The position numbers were made by a program, and so were the translations under genes. The notes beneath the pieces were generated by a model. The model saw nothing but the letters and a program-made list of their open reading frames with translations. It was not told where the DNA came from and ran no database searches. Of a stretch of DNA of 64,000 nucleotides, positions 26,346 to 35,118 are shown one piece after another. The DNA is from Nitrospirota bacterium (lineage in GTDB: Bacteria; Nitrospirota; Thermodesulfovibrionia; Thermodesulfovibrionales; Dissulfurispiraceae): positions 672 through 64,671 of the forward strand of contig JAFGXL010000027.1 in the NCBI GenBank assembly GCA_016936655.1, in the 5' to 3' direction. Numbering within the stretch: the stretch's first letter is position 1; every line of letters starts with the position of its first letter.

Positions 26346-28220
26346 GTGCAGAAGCTTAGGCAGCAATACCCAGAGAAGTTTGCGCCTGTTGATAGAATAT
26401 TCAGCCGCATACAACCAGGCAACAGAATTTTTATAGGCACTGGATGCGGAGAGCCGCAATATCTTGTACGCAGCCTTGTGGATTATGTCAGCGCCCATCC
26501 GAAGGCATTTTTTGATGCAGAGCTTCTTCAGGTCTGGACTTTAGGACTCGCTCCTTATATGGATGAAAAGTTTAAGGAGAATTTCAGGCGCAACTCTTTT
26601 TTTATAGGAGACAATTCCAGAGATGCTGTGAACCGAGGACTAGCTGATTATACCCCCATATTTTTGTCGGCAGTTCCTAACCTTTTTTATAGCGGGCTTG
26701 TAAGGCTTGATCTAGCGCTGGTGCAGACATCCCTGCCTGATGAGCATGGATATGTCAGCTTAGGTGTGAGCTTAGATATAGTCAGGGCAGCTGTGGACTC
26801 AGCAGCTATTGTTGTGGCTCAGGTCAATTCCAGAATGCCCAGAGTTCATGGTGAAGGATTTCTTAATATTAAAGATATTGATTTTATTGTTACTTATGAT
26901 GAACCTCTGCTGGAATTCAGCGCTACAGTACCAGATGAGATATCAGAGAAAATAGGCAAATATGTCTCCAGAATAGTTCAGGATGGGGATACGCTTCAGG
27001 TGGGCTATGGCACTATTCCCAACGCAATAATGGCTCATCTAGGCAATAAAAAACATCTGGGTATACATACAGAATTGCTCTCTGACGGAATAGTCGAGCT
27101 TATGAAGTCAGGCGCTGTGGACAATTCGCAAAAGGAGCTTAACAAGGCTAAAACTGTTGCTGCGTTTTGTATGGGCAGCAGCAAAACGTACGAGTTTCTG
27201 CATGACAATCCATCTATTGAGTTCAGGCCTGTAAGCTATACAAACAATCCACTGGTTATTGCCAGACAGAAGAATATGACAGCGATAAACAGTGCTTTGG
27301 AGATTGATCTGACAGGTCAGGTTACATCCGAGTCTTTGGGAGTATTTTTTTATAGCGGCATAGGCGGACAGGCAGATTTTATGAGGGGAACGGTTTTGGC
27401 TCAAGGTGGCAAGACGATACTTGCGATGCAGTCTACTGCTGAAGGCGGGACAATCTCTAAAATTGTTCCGAACCTTACATCAGGCGCCGGCATAACACTA
27501 ACAAGGGGAGATGTGCATTATGTTGTTACTGAATATGGCATAGCTTATCTGCATGGTAAAAACATCCGTGAAAGAGCCATGGCGCTTATATCCATAGCTC
27601 ATCCAAAATTCAGACAGAAGCTTGTTGATGAAGCAAAAAGACTTAACCTTATATATAAGGATCAGGTGTTTATCCATGGCCAGGGAGGAGAATACCCTGA
27701 ACAACTTGAGGCATACAGGATAACATCCAAGGGTGTAAAGATATTTATGCGTCCTGTGAAGATGACTGATGAGCAGAGCATGAGAGAATTTTTCTATACA
27801 CTGTCTCAGGACTGTATGTACCACAGGTTTATATCCACAAGAAGAGATATGCCGCATGAGCGTCTACAGAAGTTTGTTGCGATTGATTACAGCAAGGAGA
27901 TGGTAATACTCGCTATTATCGAACATGAAGGGAAAGAGACCATTGTGGGTATGGGGCAGTATATTATCGATGACACAAACCATACTGCTGACATAGCTTT
28001 TGTTGTTAGAGACGACTATCAAGGCAAGGGCATAGGCTATGAGCTTCTAACATACCTTACATATCTGGCCAAGAAGGACGGTTTGCATGGCTTTACAGCA
28101 GAGGTGCTCATAGAGAACGAGCCTATGCTGCATCTGTTCCACTCTATGGGTTTTCATATGAGCAAGATAGCAGAAGCCGGGGTCTATGAGCTTAAGATGA
28201 TGTTTAGGGAGCAGCAGTAG
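26346..28220 (+). CDS. acetyl-CoA hydrolase/transferase-family domain fused to a C-terminal GNAT acetyltransferase
   Basis: 624 aa with a GTG start after GGGAGG. The N-terminal ~430 aa look like an acetyl-CoA hydrolase/CoA-transferase fold (..IGTGCGEPQYL.., ..SALEIDLTGQV..). The C-terminal ~160 aa are GNAT (..VRDDYQGKGIGYELLTYL..). Confidence 0.7.
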   Translation: MQKLRQQYPEKFAPVDRIFSRIQPGNRIFIGTGCGEPQYLVRSLVDYVSAHPKAFFDAELLQVWTLGLAPYMDEKFKENFRRNSFFIGDNSRDAVNRGLADYTPIFLSAVPNLFYSGLVRLDLALVQTSLPDEHGYVSLGVSLDIVRAAVDSAAIVVAQVNSRMPRVHGEGFLNIKDIDFIVTYDEPLLEFSATVPDEISEKIGKYVSRIVQDGDTLQVGYGTIPNAIMAHLGNKKHLGIHTELLSDGIVELMKSGAVDNSQKELNKAKTVAAFCMGSSKTYEFLHDNPSIEFRPVSYTNNPLVIARQKNMTAINSALEIDLTGQVTSESLGVFFYSGIGGQADFMRGTVLAQGGKTILAMQSTAEGGTISKIVPNLTSGAGITLTRGDVHYVVTEYGIAYLHGKNIRERAMALISIAHPKFRQKLVDEAKRLNLIYKDQVFIHGQGGEYPEQLEAYRITSKGVKIFMRPVKMTDEQSMREFFYTLSQDCMYHRFISTRRDMPHERLQKFVAIDYSKEMVILAIIEHEGKETIVGMGQYIIDDTNHTADIAFVVRDDYQGKGIGYELLTYLTYLAKKDGLHGFTAEVLIENEPMLHLFHSMGFHMSKIAEAGVYELKMMFREQQ

Positions 28221-28348
28221 CTGATTTCTGAACAATTCAAAAAAAGTTGAAAAACTCCGAATTATATAGTAAGGGTATTTTTGTGCCCGAATTGTCGCCA
28301 GTTGCGCACTTTACGCAACTTGTTGATTAAATTGACTTAACGAGGTTT

Positions 28349-30115
28349 TTGCAGTATCGTAAAATCGTGACAGTAGGCACTTCATTATTGGGACAACTTC
28401 TGCTGAAGGCCAAATTAATTGATGAGGCCCAGCTGCAGGAGGCTCTGCGCGTCCAGAGGCTTGAGGGCAAGCGGTTGGGCTCTGTATTGCTCAAACTTGG
28501 CTTTATTAATGAAGAAAGCCTTATAACTTTTCTTAGCAGGCAGTACAACACACCGGCAATTAATCTTTCAGAGTACAGGCTTGATCCTGCTGTACTAAAA
28601 CTTATTCCTCCGGAGACAGCCAAAAGGTATCTGCTCGTGCCTATATCTAAAGAGGGCGCATCTCTTAAGGTGGCAGTATCAGATCCATCCAATAATTTTG
28701 CAATTGATGATGTCAGGTTTCTTACGGGCATGAAGATCTCTGTATATGTTGCTGCTGAATCAGCTATTGTCGCGGCTATAGAAAAGTATTATGAGAAGGT
28801 GGACAAGATTAAGATCCAGATGGGGGATACAAAAAACCCTGCAAAGCATAATGAAGAACTGGAAGACCTGAACAAGGTTATAGGCAGCGCTCTGGATGAC
28901 ATAAGGGTTATAGATGACAAGCCCGAGGCCCTTATAAAAGAGGTCGATGCTCCGATAGTAAAGCTGGTCAACGGAATACTCACAAACGCCATTAAGTCGC
29001 ACGCTAGTGACATACATATCGAGCCTGCTGAAAATCTGCTTCGTGTACGATACAGAATAGATGGAGTACTCCAGTCAGTGCTCAAGCTTCCTTCAAAGAT
29101 AAAAAATGCGATTACATCCAGACTTAAAATTATGTCTCATCTGGACATATCAGAGCGCAGGCTTCCTCAGGACGGCAGAATAAAGCTAAGGTTCGGCAAT
29201 GACAGGGAGATAGACTTCAGAGTATCTACACTGCCGACTATGTTTGGAGAAAAAATAGTTCTCAGAATACTCGACAAGACGAATCTTCAGCTAGATTTGA
29301 CAAGGCTTGGGTTTGAGGAGCAGGCGCTTGAGGTTTTTCAGGAAGGAATAGAGAAACCCTACGGAATGATACTGGTAACAGGACCCACAGGAAGCGGAAA
29401 GACCACAACTCTATATTCTGCGCTGTCTCAGCTTAACAAGCCAGGAGTAAACATCATGACTGCTGAAGACCCTGTTGAATACAACTTTTTTGGCATAAAC
29501 CAGGTGCCTATAAAAGAGGATATAGGTTTGACATTTGCCTCTGCCCTGCGCTCATTTCTCAGACAGGATCCAGACATAATAATGGTTGGAGAGATAAGAG
29601 ATTTTGAGACAGCAGAGATATCTGTAAAAGCTGCGCTTACAGGCCATCTTGTGCTAAGCACTCTTCATACAAATGATGCGCCAAGCACGATAACAAGACT
29701 TATAAATATGGGAATTGAGCCATTTCTTGTGTCGTCTTCTGTTGTGCTTGTTGTTGCACAGAGGCTTATAAGGAAAATATGCCAGAACTGCAAAACAGAG
29801 GATGCAAAAATATCAAATGAGGCTTTGAGGAAGATAGGTTTTTCAGAAGAGCAGATTAAGGGATTTGTACCGTATATAGGCACTGGATGCCCTGCATGCA
29901 ACAATACAGGATACAAGGGCAGGATAGCGATATACGAGGTTATGCCGATGACTGACCCTGTAAAAGACCTCATACTGCAGGGCGCATCAGCTATAGATGT
30001 GAAGAAAGAGGCTATAAGGCAGGGAATGATCACATTAAGGAAGAGCGGCATAAACAAAGTAATAGCTGGAGTTACATCAATAGAAGAGATTTTAAGAGTA
30101 ACTTTCGAGGACTAA
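28349..30115 (+). CDS. pilB: type IV pilus / type II secretion assembly ATPase (GspE/PilB family)
   Basis: N-terminal MshEN/T2SSE_N-like domain, Walker A GPTGSGKTTT, and tetracysteine CQNC...CPACNNTGYKGR. TTG start at 28349; the exact start is uncertain. Confidence 0.85.
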   Translation: MQYRKIVTVGTSLLGQLLLKAKLIDEAQLQEALRVQRLEGKRLGSVLLKLGFINEESLITFLSRQYNTPAINLSEYRLDPAVLKLIPPETAKRYLLVPISKEGASLKVAVSDPSNNFAIDDVRFLTGMKISVYVAAESAIVAAIEKYYEKVDKIKIQMGDTKNPAKHNEELEDLNKVIGSALDDIRVIDDKPEALIKEVDAPIVKLVNGILTNAIKSHASDIHIEPAENLLRVRYRIDGVLQSVLKLPSKIKNAITSRLKIMSHLDISERRLPQDGRIKLRFGNDREIDFRVSTLPTMFGEKIVLRILDKTNLQLDLTRLGFEEQALEVFQEGIEKPYGMILVTGPTGSGKTTTLYSALSQLNKPGVNIMTAEDPVEYNFFGINQVPIKEDIGLTFASALRSFLRQDPDIIMVGEIRDFETAEISVKAALTGHLVLSTLHTNDAPSTITRLINMGIEPFLVSSSVVLVVAQRLIRKICQNCKTEDAKISNEALRKIGFSEEQIKGFVPYIGTGCPACNNTGYKGRIAIYEVMPMTDPVKDLILQGASAIDVKKEAIRQGMITLRKSGINKVIAGVTSIEEILRVTFED

Positions 30116-30125
30116 TGGAGGCTTA

Positions 30126-31220
30126 ATGGCTACACTTATTGATCTGCTCAAGATGATGATAGAAAGCGGTGCATCTGACCTGCATATAACAACAGGCAGC
30201 GCTCCGAGACTAAGAAAGGTGGGCAGGCTGGTTCCTGTGGAGTCTTGCCAGATATTAATGCCAGAAGATACAAAAGACCTGTGCTACAGCATAATGACAG
30301 AGAGCCAGAAGAAGAAGTTTGAAGAGACCAATGAGATAGACTTATCTTTCAGTGTTAAGGGAGTCAGCAGATTTAGGGCTAATATTTATATGCAAAGGGG
30401 CGCTGTAGCAGGAGCATTTAGGGCTATACCTTTTTCCATAAAATCAATGGCAGAACTTGGGCTGCCCGAATCGCTCGGAGAGCTTCTGAAGAAACAGCAT
30501 GGCTTAGTGCTTGTAACAGGACCCACAGGAAGCGGAAAATCAACAACACTGGCATCAATGATAGACAACATAAATCAGGAAAAAGAGGCGCACATAGTAA
30601 CAGTTGAAGACCCGATAGAATTTTTATACAGCCATAAAAAAGCTCTTATCAACCAGCGCGAGGTGCATTCAGACACAGGATCATTTGTGTCAGCGCTTAA
30701 ATATATACTCAGACAGGATCCTGATGTTGTTCTGATAGGCGAGATGCGCGACATGGAGACTATAGAGGCAGCTCTAACCATATCAGAAACAGGCCATCTC
30801 ACATTTGCTACGCTGCATACAAACTCTGCTATACAGACCATTAACAGAATTATAGATGTATTCCCACCGTATAAACAGGGTCAGATAAGGGTGCAGCTTT
30901 CATTTGTTCTGGAGGGAATTATATCCCAGAGGCTTATACCAAGAAAAGACGGACAGGGCAGGGCTCTAGCTCTGGAGGCGCTGCTTCCTACACCTGCCAT
31001 AAGAAATCTTATACGAGAGGACAAACTACACCAGATATATTCCATGATGCAGACAGGTCAGTCGAGGTCAGGAATGCTCACAATGAACCAGTCTCTTTTT
31101 AATCTCTATTCAACCGGAGTTATATCTTATGAAGACTCGCTGAACTATTCTCCAATGCCGGAAGAGATGATGCAGATACATATGAAGGCAGGCACAATAA
31201 ACAAGCCAGGCCTCAGGTGA
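30126..31220 (+). CDS. pilT: twitching-motility (pilus retraction) ATPase PilT family
   Basis: 364 aa with GPTGSGKSTT, AHIVTVEDPIEF and TGHLTFATLHTNSA motifs. Confidence 0.85.
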   Translation: MATLIDLLKMMIESGASDLHITTGSAPRLRKVGRLVPVESCQILMPEDTKDLCYSIMTESQKKKFEETNEIDLSFSVKGVSRFRANIYMQRGAVAGAFRAIPFSIKSMAELGLPESLGELLKKQHGLVLVTGPTGSGKSTTLASMIDNINQEKEAHIVTVEDPIEFLYSHKKALINQREVHSDTGSFVSALKYILRQDPDVVLIGEMRDMETIEAALTISETGHLTFATLHTNSAIQTINRIIDVFPPYKQGQIRVQLSFVLEGIISQRLIPRKDGQGRALALEALLPTPAIRNLIREDKLHQIYSMMQTGQSRSGMLTMNQSLFNLYSTGVISYEDSLNYSPMPEEMMQIHMKAGTINKPGLR

Positions 31221-31228
31221 AAATGCGA

Positions 31229-31257
31229 TTGACTTTTGATTTATCCTAAAGTATGAT
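31229..31257 (+). promoter_or_regulatory. near-consensus sigma70 promoter of the cold-shock gene
   Basis: TTGACT 31229-31234, 17-nt spacer, TATGAT 31252-31257. Predicts a ~100-nt 5' UTR. Confidence 0.6.
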
Positions 31258-31292
31258 ATTTGGGAAAGTTTGGAAGTTTTTGTACCATTAGG

Positions 31293-31341
31293 CCGCAAAG
31301 ACTTTTAACTTTGCGGTTTTTTTGCTTAAAACCGCATTTTT
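31293..31341 (+). promoter_or_regulatory. structured csp 5' UTR with two mutually exclusive terminator-like hairpins
   Basis: Hairpin 1: CCGCAAAG 31293-31300 / CTTTGCGG 31309-31316, then T7. Hairpin 2: TGCGGTTT 31312-31319 / AAACCGCA 31328-31335, then T6. The two share the GCGG segment. A further AAAACCG copy lies at 31344-31350. Confidence 0.45.
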
Positions 31342-31367
31342 TCAAAACCGTTAGGAGGTGTGCAGAA

Positions 31368-31544
31368 GTGGCAAAAGGAACAGTAAAGTGGTTTAATGAG
31401 TCCAAGGGGTTTGGATTCATCACACAGGAGGATGGGAAGGACGTATTTGTACACTACACAGACATTCAGGAAGATGGTTTCAAGACCCTTGCTGAAGGTC
31501 AGGCTGTGCTTTTTGAAGTTGTAGACGGACCAAAAAGGCCCTAA
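31368..31544 (+). CDS. cspA: cold-shock protein (CspA family), C-terminally truncated by a frameshift in an A5 run; the restored frame would end at 31569
   Basis: GTG 31368 follows AGGAGG. Translation [56 protein letters not shown], then RP-stop. Deleting one A of 31532-31536 gives the canonical ...[13 protein letters not shown]-stop (TAA 31567-31569). Confidence 0.85.
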   Translation: MAKGTVKWFNESKGFGFITQEDGKDVFVHYTDIQEDGFKTLAEGQAVLFEVVDGPKRP

Positions 31545-31585
31545 GGCTACAAACGTAACCAAGGCATAACAACGCCCTGAAAAAA

Positions 31586-31614
31586 GGGCCTGCTTTCCAC
31601 AAGCAGGCCCTTTT
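31586..31614 (+). terminator. intrinsic terminator of csp
   Basis: GGGCCTGCTT 31586-31595 / AAGCAGGCCC 31601-31610, followed by TTTT. Confidence 0.8.
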
Positions 31615-31783
31615 GTTATAGATGTTTCCATTATATGCAGTTCCATTTATCGATCCTTTTATTTAACCAGTTGCAGAATAATGATTAGAGAAAATACAGA
31701 CCTATGGCCGGTGTTTTATGAGTTTACTGTTTTTGCTCGGATAAATTGACATTTTCTGAATTCATTATGTAATCTATACAGCT

Positions 31784-31861
31784 CGGGGCGTAGCGCAGTC
31801 TGGCTAGCGCACCTGCCTTGGGAGCAGGGGGCCGGAGGTTCGAATCCTCTCGCCCCGACCA
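31784..31861 (+). tRNA. tRNA-Pro (anticodon UGG), CCA encoded
   Basis: Cloverleaf folded by eye. Acceptor CGGGGCG/CGCCCCG, anticodon arm CCTGC-CTTGGGA-GCAGG, T-arm GGAGG-TTCGAAT-CCTCT. Confidence 0.9.
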
Positions 31862-31998
31862 TTAAAACTAGAGCTCAAAATAACAATCGCAGAAATATTT
31901 TAATCAGTTATAGATTATACAGCCGGTTGTTTGAGATTTTGAGTGTTGAATTTAGCTGGAATATATTTTTTGCCTACAAGTTTTTCGTACTAAGAGAT

Positions 31999-32072
<74 letters not shown>

Positions 32073-32084
32073 TATTAGAAGAAT

Positions 32085-32160
32085 GGTGGGTGTAGCTCAA
32101 TGGTAGAGCGCTGGACTGTGGCTCCAGTTGCTGCGGGTTCGATCCCCGTCATCCACCCCA
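32085..32160 (+). tRNA. tRNA-His (anticodon GUG) with genomically encoded G-1 and CCA
   Basis: Extra 5' G (32085) opposite discriminator C. Acceptor GTGGGTG/CATCCAC, anticodon arm CTGGA-CTGTGGC-TCCAG. Confidence 0.9.
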
Positions 32161-32322
32161 TTTCTCCATCTTCCAATAAAAACTATTTCCAGCTCTCTGT
32201 ATTGCATCTTCATTTTTATTTCTTTTATCTATGATAAAACTGCAAAAGATCACAAATTTCTATTAGACATCCAAATAACCTATAAGTATTATAGATGGAA
32301 CTAATGCTTATTGGGGGAAGCT

Positions 32323-33417
32323 GTGATAAAACTCAAAAATCTTTTTGCTACAGGCTGGGGCATTGCTATTGTCGGAATTGGTATAGGAATCCTCGCTGCG
32401 CTGCTCCAGTATATGGGCAATCCGGCAAATATGGGCATATGTGTTGCCTGTTTTGAGAGGGACATTGCAGGTGCTGTAGGTTTTCACCGCGCTGATGTTG
32501 TCCAGTACATGCGGCCTGAAATTATAGGGTTTGTGCTTGGTTCTTTGGCTGCTGCATTTATGTTCAGGGAGTTCCGTGCAAGGGGCGGCTCTGCTCCTGT
32601 TGTCAGGTTTTTTCTAGGAGTATTCGCTATGATTGGAGCGCTCGTTTTTTTAGGTTGTCCATGGAGAACAGTATTGAGGCTTGCAGGAGGAGACGGCAAT
32701 GCGATTTTCGGACTTATCGGACTTGTAGCAGGTATATTTGTTGGCACCAGATTTCTAAAGGTAGGATTTGATCTCGGCAGGGCGCAAAATACCCATAAAT
32801 CAGCAGGCTGGCTCCTGCCTTTGACAATGGCGGGTTTTTTAATCATCTTGTTATTTAATCCGCAGATTTCAGGAGAGGCTAAAAGCGGTATTCTTTTTTA
32901 CAGCATAAAAGGTCCTGGCTCAATGCATGCTCCTTTGATCATTTCTCTTGGGATCGGATTGATTGTCGGGTTTATAGCACAGCGCAGCAGGTTCTGCACA
33001 ATGGGTGCGTTCCGCGATCTGATTCTTTTTAAGCAGGGGCATCTTTTTAAAGGCGTGCTAGGTCTTTTTATTGCAGCATTTATTATGAATTTTTTACTCG
33101 GGCAGTTTAATCCTGGATTTGAGAATCAGCCTGTTGCTCACACAATGGCGCTCTGGAATTTTCTTGGCATGATGCTGGCTGGTCTTGCATTTGCGATGGC
33201 TGGCGGATGTCCCGGCAGACAGCTCTTTCTCTCTGGAGAGGGCGACACAGATGCTGCAATATTTGTTGTGGGAATGATTGCGGGAGCTGGGGTTGCGCAT
33301 AATTTTGGGATAGCCAGCTCGCCAAGCGGCATTGGTCCAAATACAGTAATGGCTGTAGTTGTTGGCTTTGCTTTCTGCCTGTTTATCGGTTTCACAATGA
33401 AAAGGTCAAAAGTCTAG
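32323..33417 (+). CDS. yedE: YedE/YeeE-family sulfur or selenium transport membrane protein
   Basis: Polytopic protein with two Sulf_transp-like halves and conserved Cys-containing loops (GICVACFERD, GCPWR, RFCTMG, GGCPGRQ). GTG 32323 follows GGGGGAAG (the track start TTG 32311 contains the SD). Confidence 0.75.
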   Translation: MIKLKNLFATGWGIAIVGIGIGILAALLQYMGNPANMGICVACFERDIAGAVGFHRADVVQYMRPEIIGFVLGSLAAAFMFREFRARGGSAPVVRFFLGVFAMIGALVFLGCPWRTVLRLAGGDGNAIFGLIGLVAGIFVGTRFLKVGFDLGRAQNTHKSAGWLLPLTMAGFLIILLFNPQISGEAKSGILFYSIKGPGSMHAPLIISLGIGLIVGFIAQRSRFCTMGAFRDLILFKQGHLFKGVLGLFIAAFIMNFLLGQFNPGFENQPVAHTMALWNFLGMMLAGLAFAMAGGCPGRQLFLSGEGDTDAAIFVVGMIAGAGVAHNFGIASSPSGIGPNTVMAVVVGFAFCLFIGFTMKRSKV

Positions 33418-33425
33418 GAGGAATT

Positions 33426-33641
33426 ATGAATACAATAGACGTTCGAGGTCTTTCGTGTCCGCAGCCAGTGATGAATACTCTTGAGGAGCTCGACAGGGCA
33501 GGCAGCGGAACATTTAGGATTCTGGCTGATACTGATACATCAAAGGAGAATGTTATCCGCTCTATAGCATCCAGAGGATGGATTGTTGAACAGACAATAG
33601 CTGAAGGGTATGGATATGTAATAGTAGTTGCAAAAAAATGA
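33426..33641 (+). CDS. TusA/SirA-like sulfurtransferase (YedF/YeeD-like)
   Basis: 71 aa with the diagnostic DVRGLSCPQPV (CPxP) motif. Confidence 0.85.
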   Translation: MNTIDVRGLSCPQPVMNTLEELDRAGSGTFRILADTDTSKENVIRSIASRGWIVEQTIAEGYGYVIVVAKK

Positions 33642-34189
33642 AAAGACTTTTTAATTTCTTCAAAAAGAAGACTGAATACTCTTTGCTCTACAATGTGGAG
33701 CGCGGTATGCTTGAGTTCGAAAATACCAGTGAGGTTATACGAGCCGAGAACATACTCAAGGACTCCGGTTTCTCTGTCAAGGTGATGGGGCCTCCTCCTG
33801 AAATACGCACAGGCTGCGACCTTGTGATTGAATATTTTCTTGCAGACCAGTTAGGCATATTCAGGGAGTTGGAGAACAAAGGGCTTACTCCGCTTAGCGC
33901 AGTACCTGTGAGCAGCCCCCTTCTCAAGCCGGTTGATCTTTACCATGTTAAAGATTTTGGAGAACATCTGATGGTTCGCGCAGCAAACATGAAGATCACA
34001 GTAGAAAAGAGCAGCCTTATGATAGTTAATGTTTCCGGTGGCGGATGTCCGGATGTGCCTTATCTTGCATATATGATGATCGGCAAAAAACTCGACTCAG
34101 CTCCTGAGCCTCGTTTGATAGGCCATACACTATGCGGCTATTCACTTCAGCTCGCGTATGAGGAGGTTAAGAAGATATGCTCGCAGTAG
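33638..34189 (+). CDS. DUF3343-domain protein with a ~100-aa Cys-containing C-terminal extension
   Basis: The N-terminal LEFENTSEVIRAENILKDSGFSVKVMGPPPEIRTGCDLVIEY fits the DUF3343 pattern (putative S/Se carrier). The C-terminal part carries GGGCPDVPYLA and HTLCGYS. ATGA overlap with the tusA-like gene. Confidence 0.6.
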   Translation: MKRLFNFFKKKTEYSLLYNVERGMLEFENTSEVIRAENILKDSGFSVKVMGPPPEIRTGCDLVIEYFLADQLGIFRELENKGLTPLSAVPVSSPLLKPVDLYHVKDFGEHLMVRAANMKITVEKSSLMIVNVSGGGCPDVPYLAYMMIGKKLDSAPEPRLIGHTLCGYSLQLAYEEVKKICSQ

Positions 34190-35031
34190 CAGGCACAATA
34201 CCTGACAAGGATCTTCAGATTATTGAAGGCCAAGCATCTATACGCAACAGCAGTATAGTTGTAAGCGGAACAGAGATAGATATAAACCGTGGCACAGCTG
34301 CGCTTCTGGGGGCTGCTGTTAAGACATTGCAGTTTACAGGGCAGCCTCTTCCATACGCATTTCTTGTTGGCGACATAGGATCCGGAGATGGCAGCAGGCG
34401 GCTTTATAGCCATATTACTGATCAGATGCCGGAAAAAGCGTTTTGCGTATTCACCATGCACTACGCTATGCCTGATGTTGACTGGTTCAACAAAATGCTA
34501 TTAGCGATTGATAAGATGAAAATGAGACCTCTGCTTGTTGCTGACGCTGGCTCTATGTATGCTGCAAAAATGAGCGGTCAGTCTTCAGCGTATGAACTCT
34601 TTACTCCCGATGCTGGAGAACTCGCTTTTCTGGCTGATGAAGAGGCGCCTCATCCCTTTTATACAAGAGGATTTATAATGCATGAAGACAACAGGTCTCC
34701 TGAACTTATCAAAAGGGCATACGAATATTCTAACGCTGCGAAATATCTTCTGGTAAAAGGCAGCAAAGATTATGTGGCAGACAAGGATGACATAATATCA
34801 ACAATAGACAAACCATCTTCAGAAGCTATGGAGGCTGTAGGCGGCACAGGTGATACAGTAACAGGAATTGTTTCAGGCCTTATGGCTGCTGGTATGCATA
34901 CAAAAAAGGCTGCAATCACTGCTGCAAAGGTTAACAGGCTTGCCGGACATTATGCTGGCTCGACACCGGCTACACAGGTTATGAGCATAATTGAGCAGAT
35001 TCCCAAAGCACTTAAAGAAGTGCTCGGCTGA
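34177..35031 (+). CDS. YjeF_C / carbohydrate-kinase-like (ADP-dependent NAD(P)HX dehydratase fold) protein
   Basis: 284 aa. FTPDAGELAFLA and the C-terminal GGTGDTVTGIVSGLMAAG motif are typical of the ribokinase-like YjeF C-terminal family. 13-nt overlap with the upstream gene. Confidence 0.55.
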   Translation: MLAVAGTIPDKDLQIIEGQASIRNSSIVVSGTEIDINRGTAALLGAAVKTLQFTGQPLPYAFLVGDIGSGDGSRRLYSHITDQMPEKAFCVFTMHYAMPDVDWFNKMLLAIDKMKMRPLLVADAGSMYAAKMSGQSSAYELFTPDAGELAFLADEEAPHPFYTRGFIMHEDNRSPELIKRAYEYSNAAKYLLVKGSKDYVADKDDIISTIDKPSSEAMEAVGGTGDTVTGIVSGLMAAGMHTKKAAITAAKVNRLAGHYAGSTPATQVMSIIEQIPKALKEVLG

Positions 35032-35118
35032 AAAAATATTTATCTGCGTTCTAATTCCAAAAAGTATCCGGATTTGCTAATATCCTTATGCTGAATCACC
35101 ACTCTTCAGGAGGATTAA

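Noticed and set aside
31260-31367. N-terminal extension of the cold-shock ORF in the track (start 31260)
   Set aside because: The extension would translate the promoter-proximal leader and its hairpins. The canonical CspA N-terminus (AKGTVKWFN) begins at GTG 31368, right after AGGAGG.
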